From Planctomycetota bacterium (GTDB taxonomy: Bacteria > Planctomycetota > PUPC01), in NCBI GenBank assembly GCA_003553185.1, contig PUPC01000072.1, positions 1 through 46,251 on the forward strand: DNA of 46,251 bases. Reading direction: 5' to 3'. Under the pieces are notes generated by a model, which worked only from the letters and a program-made list of their open reading frames with translations, made no database searches and was not told the DNA's origin. The position numbers and the translations under genes are program-made. Below, in pieces: positions 20,826-29,804 of this stretch (positions within the stretch are counted from its first letter, which is position 1; each line of letters starts with the position of its first letter).

Positions 20826-20854
20826 AGGTACAGGGCCCCCTGTCAGGAGACGCC

Positions 20855-21331
20855 ATGAAGATCGGGATACTGTCCGACTCGCACGACAATGTGCCGATGG
20901 TCGATGCGGCGGTCGCCGCGTTCAGGGAACGGGGCGTGGAACGCGTCATCCACGCGGGTGATTTCGTGGCCCCGTTCTCGGCCAAACGTCTGTCCGCACT
21001 CGACGTCCCGATCATCGCCGTCTTCGGCAACTGCGACGGCGAGCACACGGTCCTGTCCGAGGTGCTGCCGGGCATCGTGTCCGGCGCCCGACACGAGACG
21101 ATCGACGGCAAGCGGTTCGTGATCGTGCATGCCGCCGCGTGGCTGAGCGACGAGGACCGCCGGGCTGCCGAGGTGATCGTCTGCGGGCACACACACGAGG
21201 CGCGAATCGACGATTCCGGGCCGCTGCTGATCAACCCCGGAGAGTGCGGCGGGTGGGTTACCGGGCGAGCCACCGCCGCGTTACTCGATACCGAGACGAT
21301 GTCGCCCGAACTGATCGAGTTGAACTCATGA
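20855..21331 (+). CDS. YfcE/MJ0936-family metallophosphoesterase
   Basis: 158 aa with motifs DSHDN, AGDF, GNCDGE and GHTH. AGGAG precedes the start. Confidence 0.85.
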   Translation: MKIGILSDSHDNVPMVDAAVAAFRERGVERVIHAGDFVAPFSAKRLSALDVPIIAVFGNCDGEHTVLSEVLPGIVSGARHETIDGKRFVIVHAAAWLSDEDRRAAEVIVCGHTHEARIDDSGPLLINPGECGGWVTGRATAALLDTETMSPELIELNS

Positions 21332-21885
21332 TAAGACAGATCGACAAACCGCTGGCCCTGGTGGCCGCGCTGGCGTTCGTGTTCGGCGCGGGATGCGTGA
21401 CAAGAACCATCTCGGTCCACTCCGACCCACCCGGCGCCCGAGTCTATCTCGACGGCGAAGACATCGGCCAGACCCCGGTGGTCGGCCACCGGTTCGAGTT
21501 CTACGGCGTGCGCGAGTTCGTGCTCGTCAAGCCGGGCCACGAGGTGGAGCGCCGCACGGTGAACATCAGGACGCCCTGGTACAGCATGTTCCCCATCGAC
21601 ATCGTGACCGAACTCCTGCTGCCCATCCCCATCCGGGACGACCGGTTTTACCACTTTGACCTGCCGCACACCGAGCGGGCCGAGGTCACTTCGGTGATGC
21701 GCAACGCCCACCAGACGCGGCAGGAGGCGCGGACCCGCATCGGGGCCGCCCGCGAGCGGGCCCGATACCGCCCGCCCGCGTACGTGATCAAGGACGCGGA
21801 GAAGCCGTTCATCCTCTGGGCGCCGTGGGTCGGCCCGCCGCGCGTAGAACCCGAAGACGAGGAAGAGGTGCCGATAGAACCGTGA
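21328..21885 (+). CDS. PEGA-domain lipoprotein
   Basis: The start ATG 21328 overlaps the upstream stop (ATGA). The lipobox is VFGAGC. The PEGA signature is ISVHSDPPGARVYLDGEDIGQTPV. Confidence 0.75.
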   Translation: MIRQIDKPLALVAALAFVFGAGCVTRTISVHSDPPGARVYLDGEDIGQTPVVGHRFEFYGVREFVLVKPGHEVERRTVNIRTPWYSMFPIDIVTELLLPIPIRDDRFYHFDLPHTERAEVTSVMRNAHQTRQEARTRIGAARERARYRPPAYVIKDAEKPFILWAPWVGPPRVEPEDEEEVPIEP

Positions 21886-23621
21886 TGAAACGTCTGCTCA
21901 TAACAACGCTCGTCGTGGTCCCCATGCTGATGACAGCCGCGTTCGCCGACGAGCCGGCGGCCGGCGAGGCCCCGCCCCGGCTGCGCCCCTTTCGACCCGC
22001 CTTCGTCGACCGGCCGAGGATGAAGATCACCCTCGAGGACACGGCGCTCAACCGAATCCTGGCGACGGTGCGCGACGATTCGGTCGACATCGAGACCCGG
22101 GTCGACGCAATCTCCACCCTGGCACTCGCCGACGCGAAGGAAGGGGTCGCCCCACTGATCCACATCATCGAGCGGCAGGACCAGACCGTGGTGAAGCTCG
22201 CCGCCGTCTGGGCGCTCGGAGAGCTGGGCGACCCGATGGCGATCCCGGCACTGCTCCGCCTGCACCGACAGGCGAGCGGGTCACGTCCCTCGCTCCGATA
22301 TGACGGCACCGTCGAGTTCCCCGGGATCGGAGCCGAGCTGACCGCGCTCGAACTCATCGAGTACACGATCGGCCGGCTGGGCGTGCTGCAATTGAGCCGA
22401 TTTGTCCGCTTGCTCTCATCTCCCGGCGACTCTTATCACGCCGCATCCGACACCTTCATCGGCCAGCAGCGTTCGGCCCTCGCCGTGATCGTCTGTGTGG
22501 GCGACCGCGACCCGGCGGCCACCGAGGCCCTGATCACCGTCGCCAAGAGCCCCGAAGGGGCCTATCCGCCCGATTTTCGCGAGACTGCCCTTCTGGGCCT
22601 CGCCCGCATCCTCGTCGCCCGGACCGAGGAGTTCCGGCCGGTCCGAGCCCGGGACCCCGTCTCGGACCAAATCCTCAACATCCTCACCGAGCAGGTCGTC
22701 GAGATGGAACCGGGCGATATGCGCAAACAGATCGCCGCCACGCTGCGGAACACCAACCCCGTCCGCGCGGTCACCCGTCTCACCCACCGATTCGTCGACG
22801 ATTCCTCGGAGACGGTCCGGATGCGGGCCATCGAGGTGCTCGGCCTGATGCGAACACGAGAGGCCGTCGAGGTGCTCGTTTGGGCGCTCCGCAGGGAGGA
22901 GAACCCGGCACTTCGGTGGCGGGCCGCGTGGGGGCTGGGCCAGACCGGGCACTCCCAGTTGGCCCTGGATGAACTGACCAAAGCTCTGGATGACGACTCG
23001 CCGCGCGTCCGCCGGGCGGCCCTCGAGGCGATCGGCCACATCGGGGGGGACCGGGCCGTCGAACTGGTCAGCCCGGCGGCCAACAGCGAGGACCCGGTCA
23101 CCAGGGCGTCGGTCGCCCAGGCACTCGGCCGATCCGGGGACAAGGCCGCCATCGAGCCCCTGCTCGAGCTGGCGGGCGACGAACACGGCGGCGTCCGGGC
23201 GGCCGCAATCGCTTCGCTCGGCGCGCTGCCCAGCACCGAAAGCTTGCGAGCCATCGCCAAAGCGGCCGAGGACGAGGACCGGACGGTGCGGCGGACCGCG
23301 CTCCACGTCCTGTCGCGCCTGAATCTGCCCGCCGCCTACGCCGCGCTGTTCGGGATGCTGGACGACGCCGACCGCAACATCCGGTCCGATGCGCGGCACG
23401 CCCTTTACATTGGCCGGGCACGCCACCGCGACGCGTTCAGGCGGGCGCAGGTGGCGGTCATCCGCAGCCGAACCCATCCCGGCACCGCCCAGGCGTGCAA
23501 CTTCGTGGAAAGAACAAGTGACGGCGAGGTCATCGAGGCGCTTCGAGCCGCCACCGAGGACGCCCGCCCGTCGGTCCGGGCCGCCGCTCATCGCGCCTTG
23601 CGGAGAACGGGCTCCCAGTGA
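21885..23621 (+). CDS. secreted HEAT-repeat (PBS-lyase-type) protein
   Basis: The start ATG 21885 overlaps the upstream stop (TGATG). The signal peptide is MKRLLITTLVVVPMLMTAAFA. Motifs of the form VR..A..ALG..GD..A...L recur throughout. Confidence 0.75.
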   Translation: MKRLLITTLVVVPMLMTAAFADEPAAGEAPPRLRPFRPAFVDRPRMKITLEDTALNRILATVRDDSVDIETRVDAISTLALADAKEGVAPLIHIIERQDQTVVKLAAVWALGELGDPMAIPALLRLHRQASGSRPSLRYDGTVEFPGIGAELTALELIEYTIGRLGVLQLSRFVRLLSSPGDSYHAASDTFIGQQRSALAVIVCVGDRDPAATEALITVAKSPEGAYPPDFRETALLGLARILVARTEEFRPVRARDPVSDQILNILTEQVVEMEPGDMRKQIAATLRNTNPVRAVTRLTHRFVDDSSETVRMRAIEVLGLMRTREAVEVLVWALRREENPALRWRAAWGLGQTGHSQLALDELTKALDDDSPRVRRAALEAIGHIGGDRAVELVSPAANSEDPVTRASVAQALGRSGDKAAIEPLLELAGDEHGGVRAAAIASLGALPSTESLRAIAKAAEDEDRTVRRTALHVLSRLNLPAAYAALFGMLDDADRNIRSDARHALYIGRARHRDAFRRAQVAVIRSRTHPGTAQACNFVERTSDGEVIEALRAATEDARPSVRAAAHRALRRTGSQ

Positions 23622-23686
23622 CCCACTCGATACCGAACGGTGCCGACATGGCACTCTGGATTATGCTACACGGTTGCTCGGCCCCT

Positions 23687-23714
23687 TTGACAGCCGGGGG
23701 TACAAGTCTATAAT
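23687..23714 (+). promoter_or_regulatory. consensus sigma70-type promoter TTGACA-N16-TATAAT
   Basis: The sequence reads ttgaca gccgggggtacaagtc tataat. Both hexamers match the consensus perfectly, and the site lies upstream of the envelope-glycan operon. Confidence 0.55.
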
Positions 23715-23761
23715 TATTCAGCGTAGTGCATGATGGTTTGAGGTGTGGAGGCCATGCGGCA

Positions 23762-24844
23762 ATGGCACCAGGTATGAGAAGCTCGGACGGCCAGGCCGTC
23801 AATCACGAATTGAATACGGGCAATGGGAGCTTGCCCCCTTTGGCCCAGACACCGCTTTCGGCTCTCCCTGCGGCCCCCCCGCGCCGTATCGTTTTCTTCG
23901 CCAAACGCCATCGCTACACGAAAGCGACCCGCCAATACATCCGCGCGTTCAAGCAGAACGGGTACCAGGTGTTCTGGTTTCATTGGGCCAAGATTCGGGG
24001 ACTGCTCGGCTCGCGAATCGGCTTGGCATATATCCGCCGGAAGCTGAACCGGATCTCTCCCGACATGGTCCTGGTTTATAAGCTGGACGCTCCGTCGAGC
24101 ATCTTGCAGGACACGCCCGGCGAGGTCCCACTGGTGATATTCTATGAGGACCTGTTCGCCGAGTGCGATCCGGAGGTGCTGGACGCCGTCCGGCGTTGCT
24201 CGACGGTCTTCACAACGGCGCGGGGCGACGTGCCGGCTTTCCGGGATGCCGGGGTAAAGGATGCCCGATACATCCGAACCGGGTGTGATGACAAAGAGCA
24301 TTATCCGGTGGCGGCATCGCCCCGGTTCGCAGGCGATGTTGCGTTCATCGGTCGGGGCTGGCTGCAGAATCGACGGGAACTGATCAGTAGCAGAATCGAC
24401 CTGATCCGCGCCATTGCCGAGGAGTTCGACATTCAGCTCTACGGCAAAGGATGGGAGCAAGCACTCGGCCGGCAGCCGGGGAAACGAGAGGTCTATGTCC
24501 GACACTACCGCAGTATCTGTTCATCGTCGAAAATAGTGCTCGGGATCGACAAGTCTGACGACATCGATCTGTACTTCTCGAACCGGACGTGGCTGACTCT
24601 CGGCTGCGGCGGCTTCCTGCTGACCCGATACGTCCCGAACCTGGAAGAGTACTTCACGAACCACCGCCACCTCGTGTGGTTCCATTCCAAGGAAGAGTGC
24701 CTCGAACTGATCGACCACTACCTGCCCCGCGAGGATGAACGACAGGCGATCGCCGAAGCCGGTCACGATTACGTGCACACCTATCATACCACTCGCCATT
24801 TTGCGTCGGAACTGGGGAACGCAGTCCTTGGGGAATCGCGGTAA
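23762..24844 (+). CDS. CgeB-like glycosyltransferase (DUF3880/Glyco_trans_1_2-like)
   Basis: The C-terminal region (FSNRTWLTLGCGGFLLTRYVPNLEEYF...LVWFHSKEECLELIDHYLPREDERQAIAEAGHDYV) is typical of the CgeB family. The start is uncertain. I chose ATG 23762 because the GTG 23726 in the ORF track would lie almost at the predicted transcription start. Confidence 0.55.
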   Translation: MAPGMRSSDGQAVNHELNTGNGSLPPLAQTPLSALPAAPPRRIVFFAKRHRYTKATRQYIRAFKQNGYQVFWFHWAKIRGLLGSRIGLAYIRRKLNRISPDMVLVYKLDAPSSILQDTPGEVPLVIFYEDLFAECDPEVLDAVRRCSTVFTTARGDVPAFRDAGVKDARYIRTGCDDKEHYPVAASPRFAGDVAFIGRGWLQNRRELISSRIDLIRAIAEEFDIQLYGKGWEQALGRQPGKREVYVRHYRSICSSSKIVLGIDKSDDIDLYFSNRTWLTLGCGGFLLTRYVPNLEEYFTNHRHLVWFHSKEECLELIDHYLPREDERQAIAEAGHDYVHTYHTTRHFASELGNAVLGESR

Positions 24845-24845
24845 G

Positions 24846-26129
24846 GTGAGCGATGATGCCCGGGACAATCGATATTCGCCTGAATTGACGAGGCGGTTGA
24901 GCATCTGCGTCCAGGCGCTCTTGTTCGGGTACATCATAGCGATCAGGGTGGGTGTTGCCAGATCAGGTTTTGGGTACACCGTCGCCGGTACGGCTGCGGC
25001 GTGTGCCCTGGTGACGGCGTGGTTTCGCCGCGGCGAGCGCCCTGCTGCCTCGATCCGCCTGTGGTTTTCGGCTTTCCTTTTTGCCTTCCTGGCGGCGAAC
25101 CTGCTGTCGCACGCCCTGGCGCCGGACCTTCCGGACGCCAGTCGGACAAGTCTGCGCACTCTCAATATCCCGACCGTTGCCCTGGCCGTGGCAGTCGCCC
25201 TCGGAGTCCCCGACAGGCGAACGGCGCGGCGACTGCTCATCGGAGTACTCATCCTGTTCGGCGGGTGGTGGGTCGGACAGGCCTTGCGACTCCCCTGGCA
25301 GGCCCGGGCATTTTCACATGGGCGCCTCGTAATGTGGGGGTGCCCCGTCGTCCTCGGACTCGAAATGGCCCTGCTCTCGTCGCTTTTCTTCGCCTATGCA
25401 TCGTTCGCCGATCGTCGGTGGAAGATGCTGGCAGGGGCTGCAGCGGGAGTCCTGACAACGGGGCTTCTCGTCATGACCGGAACGCGCCTGGCTATTGCTG
25501 CCTGGGGGGTGATCATCGTTCCCGGCGTTCTTCTGACAGCCCCGTGGCTGAGGACCACTCGCCGGAAGCTCGCTCTCCTGGGCATCTGGTTCGCACTGAC
25601 ACTCCCGGCCGCCGGTCTGTACCTGGCGGTGAACCCCATTCGCATGGACGGTGCGGCCTTGGAAGGCCGGCGCGACCAGCTCGAGATCGGCGCCCGCAGC
25701 ATTGCACGGGCACCGTGGGGCCGGAAGCTGATCGGGCACGGCCCATCTCGGCGAGTTTTCCCGGCCGTGGCCACTCGATACGAACTGCTGGACGACCAGG
25801 GGGAGCCCTTGGGTTATCGGCCTCCGCACGCTCACAACACGCTCCTTCAGGCCGCTATCGAGACCGGTGCCATCGGCGTTATCACCCTCGTCGCCGCCTG
25901 GTTCATCGCCCTGGCCGGCGTAGCTCGGCGGTTCCGGGCTGAGCGCGGGCTGGGGCGGGCCGCGATGCTCCCCGCCAGCCTTCTCATCGTGCTGTCCGCC
26001 ACGATCACAATGAGCTTGATGGACCGCGGCTTCCAGACCAATGTGCCCGGCCAGCTTAGTTGGCTGCTGTTGGGGCTCGCCGTCGCCGTGGCGGCCACCC
26101 GTCCCCCTCGGGAAGAGATCGCTGCATAG
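24846..26129 (+). CDS. O-antigen ligase/polymerase-like (Wzy_C) integral membrane protein
   Basis: The protein is polytopic and hydrophobic, with the Wzy_C-like motif PHAHNTLLQAAIETGAIGV. GTG 24846 lies 2 nt after the upstream stop. The ORF track starts at 24735. Confidence 0.6.
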   Translation: MSDDARDNRYSPELTRRLSICVQALLFGYIIAIRVGVARSGFGYTVAGTAAACALVTAWFRRGERPAASIRLWFSAFLFAFLAANLLSHALAPDLPDASRTSLRTLNIPTVALAVAVALGVPDRRTARRLLIGVLILFGGWWVGQALRLPWQARAFSHGRLVMWGCPVVLGLEMALLSSLFFAYASFADRRWKMLAGAAAGVLTTGLLVMTGTRLAIAAWGVIIVPGVLLTAPWLRTTRRKLALLGIWFALTLPAAGLYLAVNPIRMDGAALEGRRDQLEIGARSIARAPWGRKLIGHGPSRRVFPAVATRYELLDDQGEPLGYRPPHAHNTLLQAAIETGAIGVITLVAAWFIALAGVARRFRAERGLGRAAMLPASLLIVLSATITMSLMDRGFQTNVPGQLSWLLLGLAVAVAATRPPREEIAA

Positions 26130-26148
26130 ACCGGGACCGCCGTCGACC

Positions 26149-26176
26149 TTGATTTGGCCGCTCGGGCGGATAGAAT
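26149..26176 (+). promoter_or_regulatory. sigma70-type promoter candidate TTGATT-N16-TAGAAT (internal to the operon)
   Basis: The sequence reads ttgatt tggccgctcgggcgga tagaat, in the 129-nt gap before ATG 26259. Confidence 0.4.
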
Positions 26177-26258
26177 GACCTCTCCTGAACGGGGCGGGCG
26201 CATCCGCAGTATAGCTCACCGATCCGCCCAGCCCGACGACAGTTTTTGGGGCGTTCCG

Positions 26259-27053
26259 ATGTCATATCTCAGGAAAAGAATTCGGGCCTGGAGGAAGAAT
26301 CGGTCGGCGAACCTGCCCGGAATACTCTCGAAACTCCGAAAGGAGATCGTATGGAAAGTCCGGCCCGATGAGGCGGACATGCCGGTGTGCAACTCGGTGA
26401 TAAACGCTTTCTTGAACTCCGGCGGCGACTTGGACACGGTGACGCAAAATATCCCCGACTGCCGGGTAGTAAAACTGAGCTACCGAAAGCTGATTATCCG
26501 CTGCGCCGAGAACGGCCGGCAGGTCTATTTCAAAATATTCTTCCCCGACTATTCGATCCGCTGGAAACGGGGCCTGAGGGTGTTCCCGACCCCCGCCGCA
26601 CGAGAGGCCAAATGGATGGCCCGGGTCAGCGCCCTGGGGATCGACTGCTCCGAACTCCTGGGCGTGGGCGAGACGCCCTGGGCCAACCGGGCGAGCATCA
26701 TCCAAAAGGTCTCCTACCTGATTACCAGCACACCGGAGGAGATCCGGCCGGTGGCGACACTGATGAAAGAAGGCCGCCTTACGCCCGAGCAGCGGCTGAT
26801 GATCGCCGGGCGGGTGCTCGATATTGTCAATACCCTTCACGATAACAAGGTCGGACACCTGGACACCCTCCAGAAGACGAACGTCCTGTTCCAGCCGAGC
26901 ACTGGAAACGTCCTGCTCTCGGACCTCGAACGGACGAGCCGCATGATGTTCATGCGGAAGAACCGCCGGAAGGTAAAAGATTTCCGCAACGTACACCGAA
27001 CTCTCCAGTTTCTCAGCGTGGGACCTGTAAGCAGAGAAAGGACAGCATCATGA
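26259..27053 (+). CDS. lipopolysaccharide kinase (Kdo/WaaP)-family protein
   Basis: 264 aa starting at MSYLRK. The layout is protein-kinase-like/RIO-like, with a catalytic-loop-like motif HDNKVGHLDTLQKTNVLF and DLE. Confidence 0.5.
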   Translation: MSYLRKRIRAWRKNRSANLPGILSKLRKEIVWKVRPDEADMPVCNSVINAFLNSGGDLDTVTQNIPDCRVVKLSYRKLIIRCAENGRQVYFKIFFPDYSIRWKRGLRVFPTPAAREAKWMARVSALGIDCSELLGVGETPWANRASIIQKVSYLITSTPEEIRPVATLMKEGRLTPEQRLMIAGRVLDIVNTLHDNKVGHLDTLQKTNVLFQPSTGNVLLSDLERTSRMMFMRKNRRKVKDFRNVHRTLQFLSVGPVSRERTAS

Positions 27054-27730
27054 GCAGCGAGACACCGGAATATCAGGCCGCCCGGGCCTATCAGGACGAA
27101 AAGCTCGCGCGGCGGTATGACCACACACGGTATAAACAGGACAAGAAACGGCAGCTCCGCGACAAAAAGACCAAACAGGCCATCCTCAAGGCGATACGCC
27201 GCCTGGACGGAGTCGAGGAGGTGCTCGACCTGCCCTGCGGGACCGGCCGTTTCAGCCGCCTGCTGATGGACGCCGGCTACGAATACACCGGCTGCGACAT
27301 ATCTCAGCAGATGATCGATGTTGCGATCGAGAAGGTCGGCGAGGCGGAAAAAGACCGGTTCGTGCAGGCAAACGCCGAGCAGCTCCCGTTCGAGGACAAC
27401 TCCTTCGATTGCGTCGTCTGCGTGCGGTTCCTCGGCCGCATCCCGCCCGGCCCCCGGTTGACCATCCTGAAGGAACTCCATCGAGTGTCGAGAAAATATC
27501 TACTGACCGCGACCGGCTATTTCCAAAAGAGCACCCCGTTGAATGAACGGATCGGGCGCCGGTTCCCCGACCTGTTCCCCAAGGCCGCCAAAAAGGCACA
27601 ACGCCACGATGAGCTGCGGCGGGAACTGACCGAGGCGGGCTGGACCGACCACTTCTGGCTGCCATACAAGAGCCGCGGCCCCATCTCGACCACGAAAATG
27701 ATCGGCGCATTTCACAAAGGAGAGCTATGA
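27050..27730 (+). CDS. class I SAM-dependent methyltransferase
   Basis: Motif I is VLDLPCGTGRF. The post-I motif is GCDIS, followed by FDCVVCVRFL. The start overlaps the upstream stop (ATGA). Confidence 0.8.
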   Translation: MSSETPEYQAARAYQDEKLARRYDHTRYKQDKKRQLRDKKTKQAILKAIRRLDGVEEVLDLPCGTGRFSRLLMDAGYEYTGCDISQQMIDVAIEKVGEAEKDRFVQANAEQLPFEDNSFDCVVCVRFLGRIPPGPRLTILKELHRVSRKYLLTATGYFQKSTPLNERIGRRFPDLFPKAAKKAQRHDELRRELTEAGWTDHFWLPYKSRGPISTTKMIGAFHKGEL

Positions 27731-29025
27731 AGTTCGAACGAGACATCCCCGTGCGGCATGAGGTGGACGTATTCGTAGCAGGAGGCGGCCCGGCCGGCTG
27801 CGCCGCGGCCGTCGTCGCCGCCCGGCAGGGTCGGAGCGTCTTCCTGGCAGAGGCCCATTCCTGCCTGGGCGGCATGGGAACCGCCGGGCTGGTGCCCGCC
27901 TTCATGCAGTTCTCCGACGGCGAGAACTTCTGCGCCGCAGGCATCGGCGAAGAACTGCTGAACGCACTTCGGGACGCCGGGGGCACCGGCGCGCCGGAGA
28001 AGCTCAGCATCAACGCCGAGGTGTTCAAGCGGGTGTACGACGACTTCCTGCTCGATGCAGGCGTCGATTTCACGTTCCACACCGCCCTCATCGACGTGAT
28101 AACGGACGACGACCGGGTGACCCACGCCGTCTGCGCCGCCAAGTCGGGCATCTTCGCCGTCGCAGCGAAGCAGTTCGTCGACGGGACCGGCGACGGCGAC
28201 CTCGCCGTCTGGGCGGGGGCACCGTCCGAAAAGGGCGACGAAAACGGCGACCTGATGCCGGGCACGCACTGCTCGCTCTGGGCCTACATCGACTGGGACG
28301 AGGTGAGCAGCAAGCCCGCTCCGCCCAAGCGGGAAACAATCGCCCAAGCCATCGCAGACGGGGTCTTCTCGCAAGAGGACTACCACATGCCCGGCATCTG
28401 GCGGGTCGGCGAGAACGAGGGGGGCGGCAACATCGGCCACACGTTCGGAGTGGACAACACCGACGAGCGGTCGGTGACAGAAGCCCTGGTCAAGGGCCGG
28501 AAGCTGGTGCTCGAATACGAGCGGTACTACAAGGAGTATCGCAGCGGATACGAGAACATGAAGCTGATGGCGACCGGTTCGCTGCTCGGCATCCGCGAGA
28601 CCCGCCGCATCATCGGCGACTATGTGCTCGATCTCGACGATTTCAAGAACCGGGCGACGTTCGACGACGAGATCGGGCGGTACTCCTACCCCGTCGATAT
28701 CCACCCGATGCGACCGGGGGCCGAGGAGTTCGGCCGGTTCCGAGACGAATGGAAAACCCTGCGGTACAAGAAGGGCGAGAACTACGGCATCCCGTACCGG
28801 ACACTCACCCCGCAGGGGCTCTCGAACGTGCTGGTCGCCGGGCGATGCATCAGCACCGACCGGCCGATGCAGGGATCGGTCCGGGTGATGCCCGGCTGCT
28901 ACATCACCGGCCAGGCCGCCGGGATGGCCGCCGCCATCGCGATCGAGGAGGAGACCGACACCCGCGGTTTCCAGGTGGCGCGGCTGCGGGATCGGCTCAA
29001 AGACATCGGCGCCTTCCTGCCCTGA
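27727..29025 (+). CDS. FAD-dependent oxidoreductase (FAD_oxidored/GidA-like fold)
   Basis: The dinucleotide motif is [22 protein letters not shown] and the C-terminal motif is GRCIS. The start overlaps the upstream stop (ATGA). Confidence 0.7.
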   Translation: MKFERDIPVRHEVDVFVAGGGPAGCAAAVVAARQGRSVFLAEAHSCLGGMGTAGLVPAFMQFSDGENFCAAGIGEELLNALRDAGGTGAPEKLSINAEVFKRVYDDFLLDAGVDFTFHTALIDVITDDDRVTHAVCAAKSGIFAVAAKQFVDGTGDGDLAVWAGAPSEKGDENGDLMPGTHCSLWAYIDWDEVSSKPAPPKRETIAQAIADGVFSQEDYHMPGIWRVGENEGGGNIGHTFGVDNTDERSVTEALVKGRKLVLEYERYYKEYRSGYENMKLMATGSLLGIRETRRIIGDYVLDLDDFKNRATFDDEIGRYSYPVDIHPMRPGAEEFGRFRDEWKTLRYKKGENYGIPYRTLTPQGLSNVLVAGRCISTDRPMQGSVRVMPGCYITGQAAGMAAAIAIEEETDTRGFQVARLRDRLKDIGAFLP

Positions 29026-29084
29026 CCTCGGGCCCGAGCGCATACAGGGCCGTCGGGCGGGCAGGACCGAGGAAGGAACGAGCG

Positions 29085-29804
29085 ATGAGCCGAGCTGAAA
29101 ACGGGCCGCTCTTCCACATCGACGCCCTGAAAAAGGTCTATCAGATGGGCGAGGTCGAGGTCGCCGCCCTGCGCCACATCGACCTCGAGCTGCCGGCCGG
29201 TCGGTTCATCGTGATCCTCGGCCCGTCGGGCTCGGGCAAGAGCACCCTGCTGAACATCATGGGGGGGATCGACACCCCGAGCGACGGCCGCGTCCTCTAT
29301 CGCGGCGAGGACCTCGCGACCTACAGCGAACGGCGGCTCACCCGATACCGCCGCCACCACGTCGGCTTCGTCTTCCAGTTCTACAACCTCATCCCCAACC
29401 TGACCGCCGAAGAGAACGTCGAGATGGCCACCCAGATCAGCGACGACCCGATGGACGCCGCCGAATCGCTCGAACTGGTCGGGCTCGAAGAACGACGCAC
29501 ACACTTCCCCTCGCAGCTCTCCGGCGGCGAACAGCAGCGAGTGGCCATCGCTCGGGCCGTCGCCAAACGTCCGGACGTCCTGCTGTGTGACGAACCGACC
29601 GGGGCGCTCGACTATCCGACCGGCAAGGTGGTGCTCGACGTCCTGCAGCAGGTGAACCAGCAGACCGGGACCACCGTGATGACCATCACGCACAATGTCG
29701 CCATCGCCGGGATGGCCGACATCGTGGTGAAACTGATGGACGGAAAAGTCCGGGAGCGGACCGAGAACGAAGAGCCGATCCCGCCCAGCGAGTTGGAGTG
29801 GTGA
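29085..29804 (+). CDS. ABC transporter ATP-binding protein (MacB/LolD type)
   Basis: Walker A is GPSGSGKST, the signature is LSGGEQQR, and Walker B is LLCDEPT. ATG 29085 has GAGGAAGG upstream. The ORF track starts at 28749. Confidence 0.9.
   Translation: MSRAENGPLFHIDALKKVYQMGEVEVAALRHIDLELPAGRFIVILGPSGSGKSTLLNIMGGIDTPSDGRVLYRGEDLATYSERRLTRYRRHHVGFVFQFYNLIPNLTAEENVEMATQISDDPMDAAESLELVGLEERRTHFPSQLSGGEQQRVAIARAVAKRPDVLLCDEPTGALDYPTGKVVLDVLQQVNQQTGTTVMTITHNVAIAGMADIVVKLMDGKVRERTENEEPIPPSELEW

Noticed and set aside
16239-20854. Sigma54 (-24/-12) promoter near the NtrC-type regulator
   Set aside because: No TGGCAC-N5-TTGC(A/T) match was found on either strand by eye. The neighbouring genes carry sigma70-like motifs instead.
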